A stretch of DNA of 64,000 bases, taken from positions 2,294,001 to 2,358,000 of the forward strand of contig NC_052157.1 in the NCBI RefSeq assembly GCF_902713615.1, written 5' to 3'. This DNA comes from Scyliorhinus canicula. Lineage: Eukaryota. Position 1 is the stretch's first letter. Every line of letters starts with the position of its first letter. Under the pieces are notes generated by a model. The model was not told the DNA's origin. It saw nothing but the letters and a program-made list of their open reading frames with translations, and searched no databases. A program made the translations under genes and the position numbers. Below, piece by piece: positions 22,813 through 36,706 of this stretch.

Positions 22813-24681
22813 CTTTGGACACAGGAAAAGGAACAGTTAGCCTCCAGACTCCTTCCAAATGCAGAGTCAGAATTCACTATTTCCCTATTTAAAAGCTATT
22901 AAACGCATAATTCACAGTACAAAACATTTTACCTCAGATATTCCTCAGCTTATAATATTTGTGAACCAGCCTCAGGGGCCAGAATATTCCGTGCTGGTCA
23001 AATAAACCAGACAGGTTTTTAAACTTAGCTGGGAATAGTGCAACCCACCCTCGTTTTCAGAAACTGAGAGACATTAAAGTATGGGATATGGAAAAGAGCC
23101 TCAAAACAAACTAAAATTATTCAGACTTTTTACTGGCTTATAAAACCGGATATTGAGAACATTAATACCTGATATTGGGAATAATAACAATGGGTTGCCA
23201 CACTAATTGAATGTTCTTTGTTTACTATTATCCCAGCAATTTTACATGTATATACACACACACACACACGTATATATTCAGTGGCTGAGTCTGTTAGAAT
23301 GACAACAAGCCCTTGTATGAAGGCCCTGACTCCTACTACTTAATGTGTTTATTATGAATTCTGTGCAGTCGAGGTTAAGACAATCTAATCACTCTGTCAC
23401 ACGCACAATTGCTCCTCAAGTTCACTGATGATGGTGTGCGATCTCTTTAAACACTGGTCACATTGCTCATGTGTTCAGGCCCCTCCAGCCAAATCTACCA
23501 GTCCAAAGATGTGATTAGGTGGATTGGCTGTGCTAGATTGCCCCTTAGTATCCAATAAGGTTCGGTGGGCTTACTGGGATAGGGCGGAGGTGTGGGTTTA
23601 AGCTTAAGTAGGGTGCTCTTTCCAAGGGAAAGTGCAGACTCGATGAGCCAACTGGCCTCCTTCTGCACTGTAAATTCTATGATTAGTATATTAAACTCAG
23701 TCTAGCACACGGTCCATCAGCAACCAGGAATGCTGCAGGAAGCACCCATGTAGTGGCACAAGATTCCCAAACACAAATCCTTGCGCACTAATGGACCACA
23801 GTATCCACATCCCTTCATCTCACTGTTGGGATCAATTCAGCAGAATTGATGGATATCTCGTGAAATATCTCCCACCAACTCCAGCTCAGTATCAGGACAG
23901 AACAATCGAACAGTGGATGGAGGGGAACATTGAGAGCAGAATGGGGCAGGGAAGGGCACATTGTCTTAAGAGTCGAGTAAATTTCATTATGAGCAAGTGA
24001 CGATTGCCTTTCTGAACAAGACGACCGCCCTGACCCACAAAAGGTCAGCAAGGATGTAACGTTTATTTCAACCCGCCTCACCTGCTGATGGGTCACAAAT
24101 GTCAAGAGGGAAGAAAAAAGCATGAGCTCCAGGAGATGTGGGGGTTACTGGGTTACGGGGATAGGGTAGATAGGTGGGCTTGAGTAGGGTGCTCTTTGTA
24201 AGGGTCGGTGCAGACTCGATGGGCCGAATGGCCTCCTTCTGCAAATTCTATGATTCTATGAGACGATGAAACACAGTCACACTGCCAAAGGAAGATGCAG
24301 GACCATGGTACGCTTTCTCTGTTACTACAACGAAGCAGCCAATGGCCTTGCCAAGAAGGACACAGGATAAATCACCCGAGGATAAGGGAGGGGATTCTTC
24401 AAACGGAGCTGCTCAGACCGGGAGTGTCCCTGATTCCATAGCCATCGTGCTCGGGGGAGCTGGTCAGATCCAGGGCGTTGAAGAGGCTATGATGAGTCTC
24501 AGCAAAATCATGTTAGCCAGGGTTCTGCTCCAGATCAAAGCCCAACAACATGGCTGGGAACCAGCGTGGGCAAATGGAGAGGACTGGGTCAGGACCTTGG
24601 GTGGTGATAATTCACTCCCCATGGTTAGCTGGAGAACAGTGAGCACGTACAGGAGGCGTGAGTGGAGAGTTGTGTACGAAC

Positions 24682-24874
24682 CTGATCCTGTCACTGGTCC
24701 CACTGTATCCCCAACGACTCTCCACCTGTTGAAAGCGGCAGATGCTGCACTCCTTTCCCCTCAGACAGCAGCGTGGTCGGTCAACATAGTCCACTCGTGG
24801 CTTGGGATTCAAAGTGAAGTGTAAAAACAGATTAACAACCTCCCGATCAGAGAGGATCCCAGATTGAGCAGGCC
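24682..24874 (-). CDS. BTBD1: BTBD1 coding exon 5
   Basis: gctcag| and |gttcgt; [20 protein letters not shown]...[11 protein letters not shown](R). Confidence 0.93.
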
Positions 24875-25963
24875 CTGAGCAGGAGAAACAAAAACAGAAC
24901 AAATATTTTGGTGCTTTAAGAATTTTATCTTCGGACAATAAGTCACTAGGGTACTAAAAAGAAAAATACATTTAGAGATTCCTACAGCACAGGGGGCCAT
25001 TCGGCCCATCCTGCATTTGTCAACTCTGGAGCTGCCTGCCTTGCTCTGTCCTCTGGTTTTCTCATCCACACTACGGGATACCTGTGGATATTACCATCAG
25101 ATATTATAACAATTCACATCAGCTGTTTTTAGACATCATCCAAGCTGCTCATTTAAACAAAATGTGCTGTCATTTCCTGATTTTAATGTAACAATGTTTT
25201 ACAGTACAGAAACAGACTATTCGGCGCCATAGGTCAATGCTGGTATTTATGCTCCACCTGAGCCTCCTTCCATCCACTCTTCACCTCACCCTCTCACCAT
25301 ACTCTCTATTCCTTTCTCCCTCGTGTTTATCGAGCTTTCCTTTAAATACATTGATGCTGTTAATCTCAACCACTCGGTGTGGTTTTGTTTTTCTATGAAC
25401 AGGAGACGTTCAGTTCAACCTCAATATTCCAGTCTAGAGTTAGCACTACTGCCTCACGGCGTGGAGGACCAGGGAGGCAGTGTTTAGCACTGCTCCCCGA
25501 GGGCGGCACGGTGGCGCAGTGGTTAGCACTGCTGTCTCATGCACCAAGGTCTCCGGTTCGATCCCAGGCTCTGGGTCACTGTCCGTGTGGAGTTTGCACA
25601 TTTTCCCCGTGTCTGCGTGGGGCTCACCCCCACCCAAAGATGTTCAGGGTAGGTGGATTGGCCACGCTAAATTGCCCCTTAATTGGAAAAAATTAATTGG
25701 GTACTTAAAATAAAACAAAAAATTCCAGTTTAGGTAGTTAGCCAATAATCAAATCTTTCTTAGAGAATACATCCGAGGATCAATATTAGACAGCGTGTCG
25801 ACAGTCCACATCACTCTCGGCTGCCCAGTATATCAACCCGGATTAGATCATGTCATCGGTGCCAACACTATCATTCTCCACATTTCTTCATTGTTTAACG
25901 GTTATCAAACGATTTGGGTTAAACTTTCCCTGAATGGACACGAGTATGGTTGAACTGACTGAC

Positions 25964-26161
25964 CTGCAGCAAATTCCTCGATGCTCATAAGTGGGAAGCG
26001 GATCAGGGTTATGGCTTTTCCCAATACTTTCTGTTTGCTCCCTTGAGTAACTGGCAGCTGCTGCCTCTGGCATTCCGCCTCCGCCCAGCGCACCATTCCA
26101 GTAAAGAGCCGAATCTCCCGGATGCTCAGGGTATCCCGTTCCAGCACTGCACACAGTGTAT
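25964..26161 (-). CDS. BTBD1: BTBD1 coding exon 4 (BACK domain)
   Basis: gtacag| and |gtcagt; [16 protein letters not shown]...[14 protein letters not shown]. Confidence 0.95.
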
Positions 26162-26497
26162 CTGTACGCAGAGGGATACAGAGTTAATGGCCTGCAGGCT
26201 TTTCCCATTATTTGGTAAGCGATGCAACAAAGAAAGTCTCGCATTTATACAGCTCTTTTTGTGACCACATGATGGCGAAACGCAATTTAAAAGCAATTAA
26301 GAACGTTGTTTCAGAAATGTGGTCACTGTTGAAATACAGGGTGCTGGTCAGGCAATCGTCTGTCTTTAGCAACATTGACCAGGGAAAAATGACGAGGGCA
26401 CGGAGGTGAACTCCTCTTCTCCTTGAATGGTGCCACGGAATTGGTTATATTTACCAGAGAGAGATTATAGCGTCTCCATCATCTAATTTGAAAGATG

Positions 26498-26930
26498 GCC
26501 CGACAGGGCGGCCCTCTCTGGGCACGGACCCTCCGACAGGACGGCCCTCTCTGGGCACGGACCCTCCGACAGGGCGGCCCTCTCTGGGCACGGACCCTCC
26601 GACAGGGCGGCCCTCTCTGGGCACGGACCCTCCGACAGGGCGGCCCTCTCTGGGCACGGACCCTCCGACAGGACGGCCCTCCCTCGGCACGGGGGCCCTC
26701 CGACAGGGCGGCCCTCTCTGGGCACGGACCCTCCGACAGGACGGCCCTCCCTCGGCACTGGCGCTCCGACAGGGCGGCCCTCCCTTCGCACTGGCCCTCC
26801 GACAGGGCGGCCCTCCCTTGGCACGGGCCCTCCGACAGGGCGGCCCTCCCTCGGCACGGGGGCCCTCCGACAGGGCGGCCCTCCCTCGGCACGGGGGCCC
26901 TCCGACAGGGCGGCCCTCCCTCGGCACGGG
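26498..26930. repeat. 32-33-bp GC-rich minisatellite (CCCTCCGACAGGGCGGCCCTCTCTGGGCACGGA), about 13 copies
   Basis: Seen directly. Confidence 0.95.
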
Positions 26931-27265
26931 GAGGGAGAAAAGAGTAAACGTGTCAAGCTGAATTAGATTTAACTATTTTCAGCTGACAGCCTGTCCTATT
27001 CACTTGTGCCTTCTTGGTCTCTCCACACCTTTAACCATGAAGTAAGGATGGACGGATCTTGCTGTTGTTATAGCAGCTGCATCTACAGCTCATACCCAGT
27101 CAGTCCCATACTCTACACGGTCAGAATTGTTTGGACGCACAAGATTATTTGCCCCATTTACCCAATTTATCAATTAGGTTGCAACTCCATACCTGAATAC
27201 ATTATGTACGAGCGATCCAAACAATCTCGCTCCCAAACTATCACAACAACAGCTTAGATTCTCAC

Positions 27266-27371
27266 CAAGATCAACATCAGTGAAGCCCTCAGCACTAATC
27301 GCATCGATGGTGTTCTTGTCGATGGTCTCCAAGCAGAGGCTGGCAAGCTGAGGCTCATCAAACAACCGGGC
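27266..27371 (-). CDS. BTBD1: BTBD1 coding exon 3
   Basis: tttcag| and |gtgaga; [35 protein letters not shown]. Confidence 0.95.
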
Positions 27372-27777
27372 CTGAAATCATTTCAATGTGTAAAACGTGA
27401 AGAAAGGAAATGATTTATCAAAACTAACAGCATCTGCATTCATCCATCACAAAATAAACACTGGATGGAAACTCTAACGGCGAGAGATTCTGGCTCACTC
27501 AATACTAACGGGGTGAACAGGGAACTGGGGTGAGTGGGGTAGAGTTAAAAATAGGCAACTGAGGGGAGAGGAGGGTGGGGGGAAAAGAGCAGGGCCGTAC
27601 AGTACCTCACTAGTAGGCAACAATTCAGCCTACAGCGTGAGCTGCTCTAGACTGTTGCTGCGGCAATATATGGCCAAGTTTGGATTAATCTCACACTTTG
27701 TTCAGATCTCCAGCATTGGATAGGGAGCACGAACCCTGGCTGTTTTCCCTCAACCTTGTTTGGTTCTTGGGCGTCTA

Positions 27778-28053
<276 letters not shown>

Positions 28054-28324
28054 TTAACTGGACCATATTCTTAAAATATAAAGTGAACGAGAATAATCCC
28101 AAGATGAACTCTCAGTTATCCCTAAACACAAAATCCATTTCTCAACACTTTGATCCATAGAGCAACACAGACCTCATGCCATAAACACAGGTACATATAG
28201 AACCAGAAAACTCCTCCAGGGCAGACCATTCTGCTCATCCATAAGAAACTATAAGGCACAAGGGCAAAATCGGGCCATTCGGCCCATCGAGTGCAGAAGG
28301 AGGCCATTCGGCTCATCCACGCGA

Positions 28325-29770
28325 CCATAAGACATAGGAGCAGAATTAGGCCATTCATCTCATCGCAGCTACTCCGCCATTCAATTATGGCTGATATGTT
28401 TCTCATCCCAATTCTCCACATAACCCTTGATCCCCTTATTAATCAAGAACCTATCTATCGCTGTCTTAAAGACTCGGTGATTTGGCCTCCACAGCCTTCT
28501 GCGGCAAAGAGTTCCACAGATTCATCAGAAATTCCTCCTCATCTCAGTTTGAAAGGATCGTCCCTTCAGTCTGAGGCTGTGGCCTCGGGTTCTATTTTCT
28601 CCCCCCTCATCCTTCTAAATGCCAATGAGTAAACTGTTGCTTCACAGCGCCAGGGTTCTAGGTTTCATTCCGCGCTTGGGTCACTGTCTGTGCGGAATCT
28701 GCACGTTCTCCCCGTGTCTGCATGGATTTCCTCCGGGTGCTCCGGCTTCCGAAAGATGTGCTGTTAGGTGAATTGGACATTCTGAATTCTCCCTCGGTGT
28801 ACCCGAACAGGCGCTGGAGTGTGGCGACTAATAATAATCTTTATTGTCACAGGTCGGCTTACATTAACACTGCAATTAAGTTACTGTGAAAAGCCCCTAG
28901 TCGCCACATTCTGTGACTAGGGGCTTTTCACAGTAGCTTCATTGCAGAGTTAATGTAAGCTGACCTGTGACAATAAAGATTATTATTTAAAGAGTCCTTT
29001 TCATTCCAGGGATTATTCTTGTGAACCTCCTCTGGACCCTTTCCAAGGCCAGTACATCCTTCCGTAGATACAGGGCCCAAAACTGCTCACAATACACCAA
29101 ATGGGGTCTGACCAGAGCCTGATACAGCCTCAGAAGTACATCCCTGCTCTTGTATTCTAGCCCTCTTGCTAACATTGCATTTGCCTTCCTAACTGCTGAC
29201 TGAACCTGCAAATTAATCTCAAGAGAATCTTGAACTAGGACTTCCAGTCCCTTTGGGCTTCTGATTTCCTGAGCCTTTTCCCATTTAGAAAGTAGTCTAT
29301 GCCTCCATTCTTCCTACCAAAGTGCATAACCTCACACTGTACCCGAACAGGTGCCGGAATGTGGCGACGAGGGGCTTTTCACAGTAACTTCATTGCAGTG
29401 TTAATGTAAGCCTACTTGTGACAATAAAGATTAAAAAAAGGTTTTACACATTGTATTTCATCTGCCGCTTCTTTGCCCACTCTCCTAGCCTGTCCAAATC
29501 CTTCTGCAGCCCCCTTGCTTCAATACTACCTGTCCCTCTGCATGTATTTCATCTGCCGCTTCTTTGCCCACTCTCCTAGCCTGTCCAAATCCTTCTGCAG
29601 CCTGCCTGTTTCCTCAATACTACCTACCCCTCTACAGATCTTTGTATCATCAGCAAACTTAGCAACAGTGCCTTCAGTTCCTTCTTGCAGATCATTAATG
29701 TATATTGTGAAAAGTTGTGGTCCCAGCACAGACCCCTGAGGCACACCACTAGTCACCAGCTGGCATCTGC
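28325..29770 (-). mobile_element. Decayed CR1 LINE interrupted by SINEs
   Basis: [21 protein letters not shown] and RPHLVYCEQFW motifs; CR1 3' end near 28325. Confidence 0.8.
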
Positions 29771-29789
29771 CACCCAGCTTATTTGCTCT

Positions 29790-31155
29790 TCCAACTACTG
29801 TACACACCCCTGTCAGCACAACGGGGCCGAGGTGGAGATGGTTAGCAACTTCAAATTCGTAGGGGTACCCATCTCCAAAAATCTGTCCTGGTCCACCCAC
29901 GTCGACTCTACCATCAAGAAAGCACAACAGCGCCTATACTTCCTCAGGAAGCTAAGGAAATTCAGCATGTCCACATTAACTCTTACCAACTTTTATAGAT
30001 GCACCATAGAAAGCATCCTATCTGGGGGCAGCATGGTGGCACAGTGGGTTAACACTGCAACACTGCCGAGGTCCCAGGTTCGATCCCGGCTCTGGGTCAC
30101 TGTCCTTGTTGAATTTGCACATTCTCCCAGTGTTTGCGTGGGTTTCGCCCCCACAACCCAAAGATGTGTAAGGTAGGTGGATTGGCCATGCTAAATTGGA
30201 AAAATGAATTGGGTACTCTAAATTTATTTTTAAAAATAAACTAAAAAGAAAGTATCCTATCTGGCTGCAACACAGCCTGGTATGGCAACTGCTCGGCCCA
30301 AGATCGCAGGAAACTTCAGAGAGTCGTGAACACAGCCCAGTCCATCACACAAATCTGCCTCCTATCAATTGACTCTGTCTACACCTCCCGCTGCCTGGGG
30401 AAAGCGGGCAGCATGATCAAAGGCCCCTCCCTATTGGTTTACTCACTCTTCCAACTTCTTCCATCGGGCAGGAGATACAAAAGCTTGAGAATACGCACGA
30501 ACAGACTCAAAAACAGCTTCAAGATAAAGATAGATAGTTTATTGAAGAATAAAGGAATGAAGGGTTATGGTGTTCGGGCCGGAAAGTGGAGCTGAGTCTA
30601 CAAAAGATCAGCCATGTTCCCATTGAATGGCGGAGCAGGCTCGAGGGGCCAGATGGCCGACTCCTGCTCCTAGTTCTTATGTTCCCCGCTGTTACCAGAC
30701 TCCAAAACGACCTTCTTATGGACTGATCTGATCTCTTCACACAGCTTCTCTACTGAGTAGTACTACACACCTATATGCTTCACCCGATGCCCAAGCATTT
30801 ACATTGTATTTATGTTTGCCCTGTGTGTGTTTTTTTTAAATTTAGATTACCCAATTATTTTTTCTATTAAGGGGCAATTTAGCGTGGCCAATCCACCTAC
30901 TCTGCACATTTTTGGGCTGTGGGGGTGAAACCCACGCAGGCACGGGGAGAATATGCAAACTCCACACGGACAGTGACCCAGAGCCGGGATCGAACCTGGG
31001 ACCTCAGCGCCGTGAGGCAGTTGTGCTAACCACTAGGCCACCGTGCTGCCCTGCCCTGTGTTTTTTTGTCGTGTATGGAATGATCTGTCTGGACTGTACG
31101 CAGAACAATACTTTTCACTGTACCTCGGTTCACACGACAATTAGCAAATCCAATC
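29790..31155 (+). mobile_element. Rex-Babar-like LINE 3' part with nested SINE and CR1 pieces
   Basis: [16 protein letters not shown]...YRCTIESILSG and LPSGRRY motifs; 3' tail at ~31105-31155. Confidence 0.75.
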
Positions 31156-32176
31156 CTGAAAAAGACCCCTTCATCCCCATTCTCTGCCTTCTACCAATCC
31201 TCTATCCACGTCAGTATCTTACCCTTAACATCATGGACTCTTATAGCCTCCTATACGGCACCTTGTCAAAGGCCTTCTGGAAAATTAAATAGATCACGTC
31301 CACTGGTTCTCCTTTCTCTAATTTCCTTGTTAACTCCTCAAAGAATTCTAGCAGATTTGTGAGACATGACCTCCCCTTTACGAAGCCCTGCTGACTCAGT
31401 CCTACTTTATCATGCAATCTCATCTTTAATAAAGGACGGCATGGTAGCACAGTGGTTAGCACTGTTGCTTCACAGCTCCAGGTTCGATTCCCGCTTGGGT
31501 CACTGTCTGTGCGGAGTCTTTGGCTCTAAATAATCCTGGAGCATTTGTCACGTGCACCCGTGTCCACCCATCCCACCCTCACACAACTGCCATTGGTCAA
31601 CCAAGATAACCATCCTCACAATACGTCCCCATCCCAGCCAACTGCAAACCAAACATTCTTCTTACCGAATGAATGATATTTGACCATCAGTCAATGAGTG
31701 TGATACAGCACAGGAGGAGGCCATTCATTTTACCTGTACTAGCACTTTGTAAGATCAATCCAATTATCCTTACTTCATCATTAGTTCCCCATAGCCCTGC
31801 AGATTCTCTCTACATGGGCAGCACGGTAGCACAGTGGTTAGCACTGTTGCTTCAGTGCCAGGGACCCGGGTTCGATTCCCACTTGGGTCACTGTCTGTGC
31901 AGAGTCTGCACGTTCTCCCAGTGTCTGCGTGGGTTTCCTCCGGGTGCTCTGGATTTCTCCCACAAGTCCCGAAAGACGGCTTGTTAGATGAATTGGACAT
32001 TCTGAATTCTCTGTGTACCCGAACAGGTGCCGGAATGTGGCGACTAGGGGCTTTTCACAGTAACTTCATTGCAGTGTAAATGTAAGCCTACTTGTGACAA
32101 TAAATATTATCATTTTTCACACTTACCCAATTCAGCTTTTTTTTACTATCTTCAATGTTTCTATAATGAATACATT

Positions 32177-32715
32177 GGGCGCGATTCTCTGCCCCCCACG
32201 CCAGCTGGGAGAATAGCGGGAGGGCCTCCCGACATTTTTCACCGCTATTCTCCCCCCCCCCACGCCCGAACCACGCCACGAATCGCCGCTCGCCGTTTTT
32301 TACGGCGAGTGGCGATTCTCCGAGGCCGATGGGCCTGCTCGCTGCCGTCGTGAAACGGGCGCCAGATGCCCATTTGGGGCATCTAGAGGCCCGATAGGCA
32401 CGGGAGCACCACGACTGTGCTCGGGATGGGACAGGCCCGCGATCGGTGCCCACCGATCGTTGGGCCAGCGTCCAAAACAGACGCACTCTTTCTCCTCCGC
32501 CGCCCGGCAAGATCAAGCCGCCACGTCTTGCCAGGCGGCTGAGGAGAAAGACTCCAACTGCGCATGCACGGGTTGGCGTTGTCCAACCTGCGCATGCGCG
32601 GCTGATGTCATCGGCCGCGTCAGCCGCCGTGACGCTTGACGTGCGGCCTTGACGACTGTCGTCAAGGCCGCGCCGCCGTGACGCAAGGGGCCGCGCTCCT
32701 AGCCCCGTCCGGGGT

Positions 32716-32755
<40 letters not shown>

Positions 32756-32851
32756 GAATCAGCCCCTGAAGTGGGCGTGAAGGCTGCCGTGGGTCACGGC
32801 CTGTCCCACGGCAGCCTTTACGATTCTCCGCATTTGCGGAGAATCTCGCCC
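32177..32851. mobile_element. Non-autonomous DNA transposon (MITE), PIF/Harbinger-like
   Basis: Terminal inverted repeats GGGCGCGATTCTC / GAGAATCTCGCCC, 3-bp ATT target-site duplication, CpG-rich interior. Confidence 0.75.
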
Positions 32852-34134
32852 ATTATACATGGGTTACGGGACCCCTCCCACAACACTCACTTGAATAAAT
32901 AAATTGAACTGTTTCAAGTAAACTAAAAACCCATTTTTGCTAATGCCCCAATGATGTTTCTCCTAGATTCATTGAAGCAGTCCCGCAGATTAATCTGCAG
33001 CACGGTAGCACAAGTGGATAGCACTGTGGCTTCACAGCGCCAGGGTCCCAGGTTTAATTCCCCACTAGGTCACTGTCTGTGCGGAGTCTGCACATTCTCC
33101 CCGTGTCTGCGTGGGTTTCCTCCGGGTGCTCCGGTTTCCTCCCACAGTCCAAAGACGTTCAGGTTAGGTGGATTGGCCGTGATAAATTGCCCTTAGTGAC
33201 CAAAAAGGTTAGGAGGGGTTATTGGTTACGGGGATAGGGTGGAAGTGAGGGCTTAAGTGGGTCGGTGCAGTCCCGATGGGCCGAATGGCCTCCTTCTGCA
33301 CTGTTTGTTCTAAAGACTATAGGGCAACCCAGGAGGTTTGGCAACCGAGTCTAAATCGGTTTCTATGACCTTCAGTTGTGCCCCTTCTCTACCTTATTAT
33401 TCAGTTACATGGGACCTTTTATCAATGTAAAAACACAAATCATTGTAGAATGACAGTGACAACGATAGTGGGTCAGCTCAATTGTAAATGGTTTCTGTAG
33501 CTCAAGACTAAAAAAAGAAAACTAAAATCACGTCTGTCCAGAAGCCACACGATAATAATTCAGCATCTAAACACTACAGAGCAGCGAAAGGCAGCTGACT
33601 GCCTTTTACTGTAACACTCATCCCCGGGAGCAGCACTCCCAGATACAGTACACTTGCAATAATAAATAGACTAGATTTAAACCTGTCCGACAATCACCAA
33701 CATCACGGCTATAAAGGGGCTTTTCCAGTTGCATTTGATATGCACCAACACAGATAGACATTCTTATCAACATTTCTTTGATTAACAAAGGGAACAGGGC
33801 CAGGGCTGCAGGAGCATCCACGATTTTTAAAATTTGATCTACACCCTCCTTTATTCAACAATAAAGTTGATAAAAAGCAACACTAACCAGCAGCCCCGGG
33901 CAGGGGCCGACTTGGAATCGGTGTTCCGACATTAACTGGAAAGAGGAACTGAAGGAAAGCAGAGCGACAGGATGACTGGAAAAAACAGCTGCTGTTTTTT
34001 TTTACTCTGAGCGCTGACGCAGTCTCCATGCATGGTCGATATTTCTAACATTTAATCATATATCTGACAATTAATGACCACGAGCGCCAGCGGTGCTGCC
34101 ATACTAAAGGAATTCCCAGTATCGTGGACTTGTG

Positions 34135-35987
34135 GTGGCGGCACGTAGGAGGAAGTCGCACTCCTGCTCGAGGCTCGATTGTTTAGGGATTTGGTGCCCG
34201 GTCTCAGGGGCAATTTTTCAACAAATAAGCACAGGAAGACATGAGGAAGGAGGGCTTGTCCAAGAACCAAAGGAAAGCCGCCTGGAAAAAGGGGGCGAGT
34301 GAAGGTTCACCGTCGAGCGAAAGGTCGGCTCGGCAACTGGAAAGATGGCGGAGGCTCACCGCAGAAAAGATGATGGTTGTGGAATTTGAAAAGCAGTTTG
34401 TGCAGCACATGGAGGTGATGAGGACGGGGATGATGGCGGGAATGAAGGTATTATCATAGAATTTACAGTGCAGAAAGGAGGCCATTCGGCCCATCTAGTC
34501 TGCACCAGTTCTTGGAAAGAGCACCCCAGCCAAGCCCACGCCTCCATCCTATCGCCATAACCCAGTAACCCCACCCAACACGAAGGGCAATTTATCATGG
34601 CCAATCCACCTAACCTGCACATCTTCAGACTGTGGGAGCACCCGGAGGAAACCCACGCACACATGGGGAGAACGTGCAAACTCCGCACAGGCAGTGACCC
34701 AAGCCAGGAATCGAACCTGGGACCCAGGAGCTGTGAAGCAATTGTACTAACCACTGTGCACCAGGTACTGGTGGTGGAGGCGACTGCCCCAGTGAAAGCG
34801 ACGGTGTCAAAAACATTGGGCGAGGTGTGGGAGCGGGAGCGGGGGGGGGGTATTCGCCAATCGCGTTATCGGATCATGCGCCGCACTGGGTGGACATGGG
34901 TCCTGGAGAAGGGGATAACGGAGAGGCCAGGGTGGAGAATGGACGTGGACTTGCTGGGGGACTGAGGTTTTTGTGAGAAGATCGGGAAAATGACTGAGGA
35001 GTATCATAGAATTCAAAGTGCGGAAGGAGGCCATTCGGCCCATCGAGTCTGCACCGGCTCTTGGAAAGAGCACCCTACCCAAGGTCAACATCCCCACCCT
35101 ATCCCCATAACCCAGTAACCCCACCCAACACTAAGGGCAATTTTGGACACTAAGGGCAATTTACCATGGCCAATCCACCTAACTTGCACATCTTTGGACT
35201 GTGGGAGGAAACCGGAGCACCCGGAGGAAACCCACGCACACACGGGGAGGATGTGCAGACTCCGCACAGACAGTGACCCAAGCCGGAATCGAACCTGGGA
35301 CCCTGGAGCTGTGAAGCCATGGTGCTATCCACAATGCTACCGTGCTACCGTACGTGGGATTTAACTTTACAGGGGATTAAAGCCAATCGGGAGGAAGAGT
35401 TTAGGGAGGTTATGGAAGACGGTATGTGATATGAAGTGTTCCAGAGGGAGAACATCTCAACCTCATGCATGAGGTTGGGGCTAATACAACTGAAGGTAGG
35501 ACAGCATGGTGGCGCAGTGGGTTAGCCCTGCTGCCTCACAGCGCCACGGTCCCAGGTTCGATCCCGGCTCTGGTTCACTGTCCGTGTGGAGTTTGCACAT
35601 TCTCCCCGTGTCTGCGTGGGTTTCGCCCCCACAACACAAAGATGTGCAGGGTAGGTCAATTGGCCACATTAAATTGCCCCTTAATTGGAGAAAATGAATT
35701 GGGTATTCTAAATTTATTTTAAAAAAAAATAAAAATACAACTGAAGGTTGTATATACAGTACACCTCACGAGGGCGAGGATGAACCGACTCTTTGAGCGA
35801 GCGGAGGACATAAGTGAGTGTTGTGGGAGGGGTCCCATAAACCATGTTCATATGTTTTGGTCCTGTCCGAAGCTGGAGAGAGGTTTTTAGTATATTCTCC
35901 GGGATAGTACACGTGAATGTGGAACCAGGTCCTCTAGAAGCCATTTTTGGGGTGTCGGACCAACCCAAGCTGCAGGTGGGGGCGGGG

Positions 35988-36020
<33 letters not shown>

Positions 36021-36310
36021 TCTACTTGAACTTCTAACTCTTGAGAAGGTGAAATTTGAGCTGAGGCGGATGAAGGAGGGGCTCTACATTCATGGGGACT
36101 ATTTATTATGCACTTTCGGGAACTGGTTGGCATTGAACATTAGGGGTGGGGGGAGTTAGTTTATTATTATAGTATTGTTCACTGTTTGATTGTTAACTTT
36201 TACCTGGAATGGATGTACGGATTGTATAGAGGGGGGATTGTTCTTTTTGATTTGTTTTTCTGTTGTTGTTTATTGGATGAAAATGTGGCGAATAGAAAGA
36301 TTTTAAAAGA
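34135..36310 (+). mobile_element. Internally deleted L1-like element (5' end and ORF1 start, ORF2 C-terminus, 3' UTR) with three SINE insertions
   Basis: ORF1-like MRKEGLSKNQRKAAWKK...; later NHVHMFWSCP and EPGPLEAIFG; T-rich 3' UTR with A-tail. Confidence 0.6.
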
Positions 36311-36706
36311 AAGGAATTCCCAATATAGAAACGATTATTTGCATTGAAGCAACTGGTTTTTTTTGGTAAACCAATTAAGGGGCTATTTAGCGTGGCCAAT
36401 CCACCTACCTTTTGTACATCTTTTGGTTGTGGGGGGTGAGACCCCACAAACACGATAAAAATGTGCAAACGCCACACGGACAGTGACCCGGGGCCGGGAT
36501 TGAACCCGGGACCTCAGTGCCGTGAGGCAGCAGTGCTAAATACTGCTCCACCGTGACACCCTCTTAACCCGTTTGTATTAGTGACACTTCCACACTATTT
36601 AATAATAAGCATTAATAAACAGACTAATATTAGCAGGAGCTATTTATTTATAACTAGCAGGGGCAATTTTTAACTAGTCTGGGGTTTATGCTTATGAAGA
36701 ACTAGA

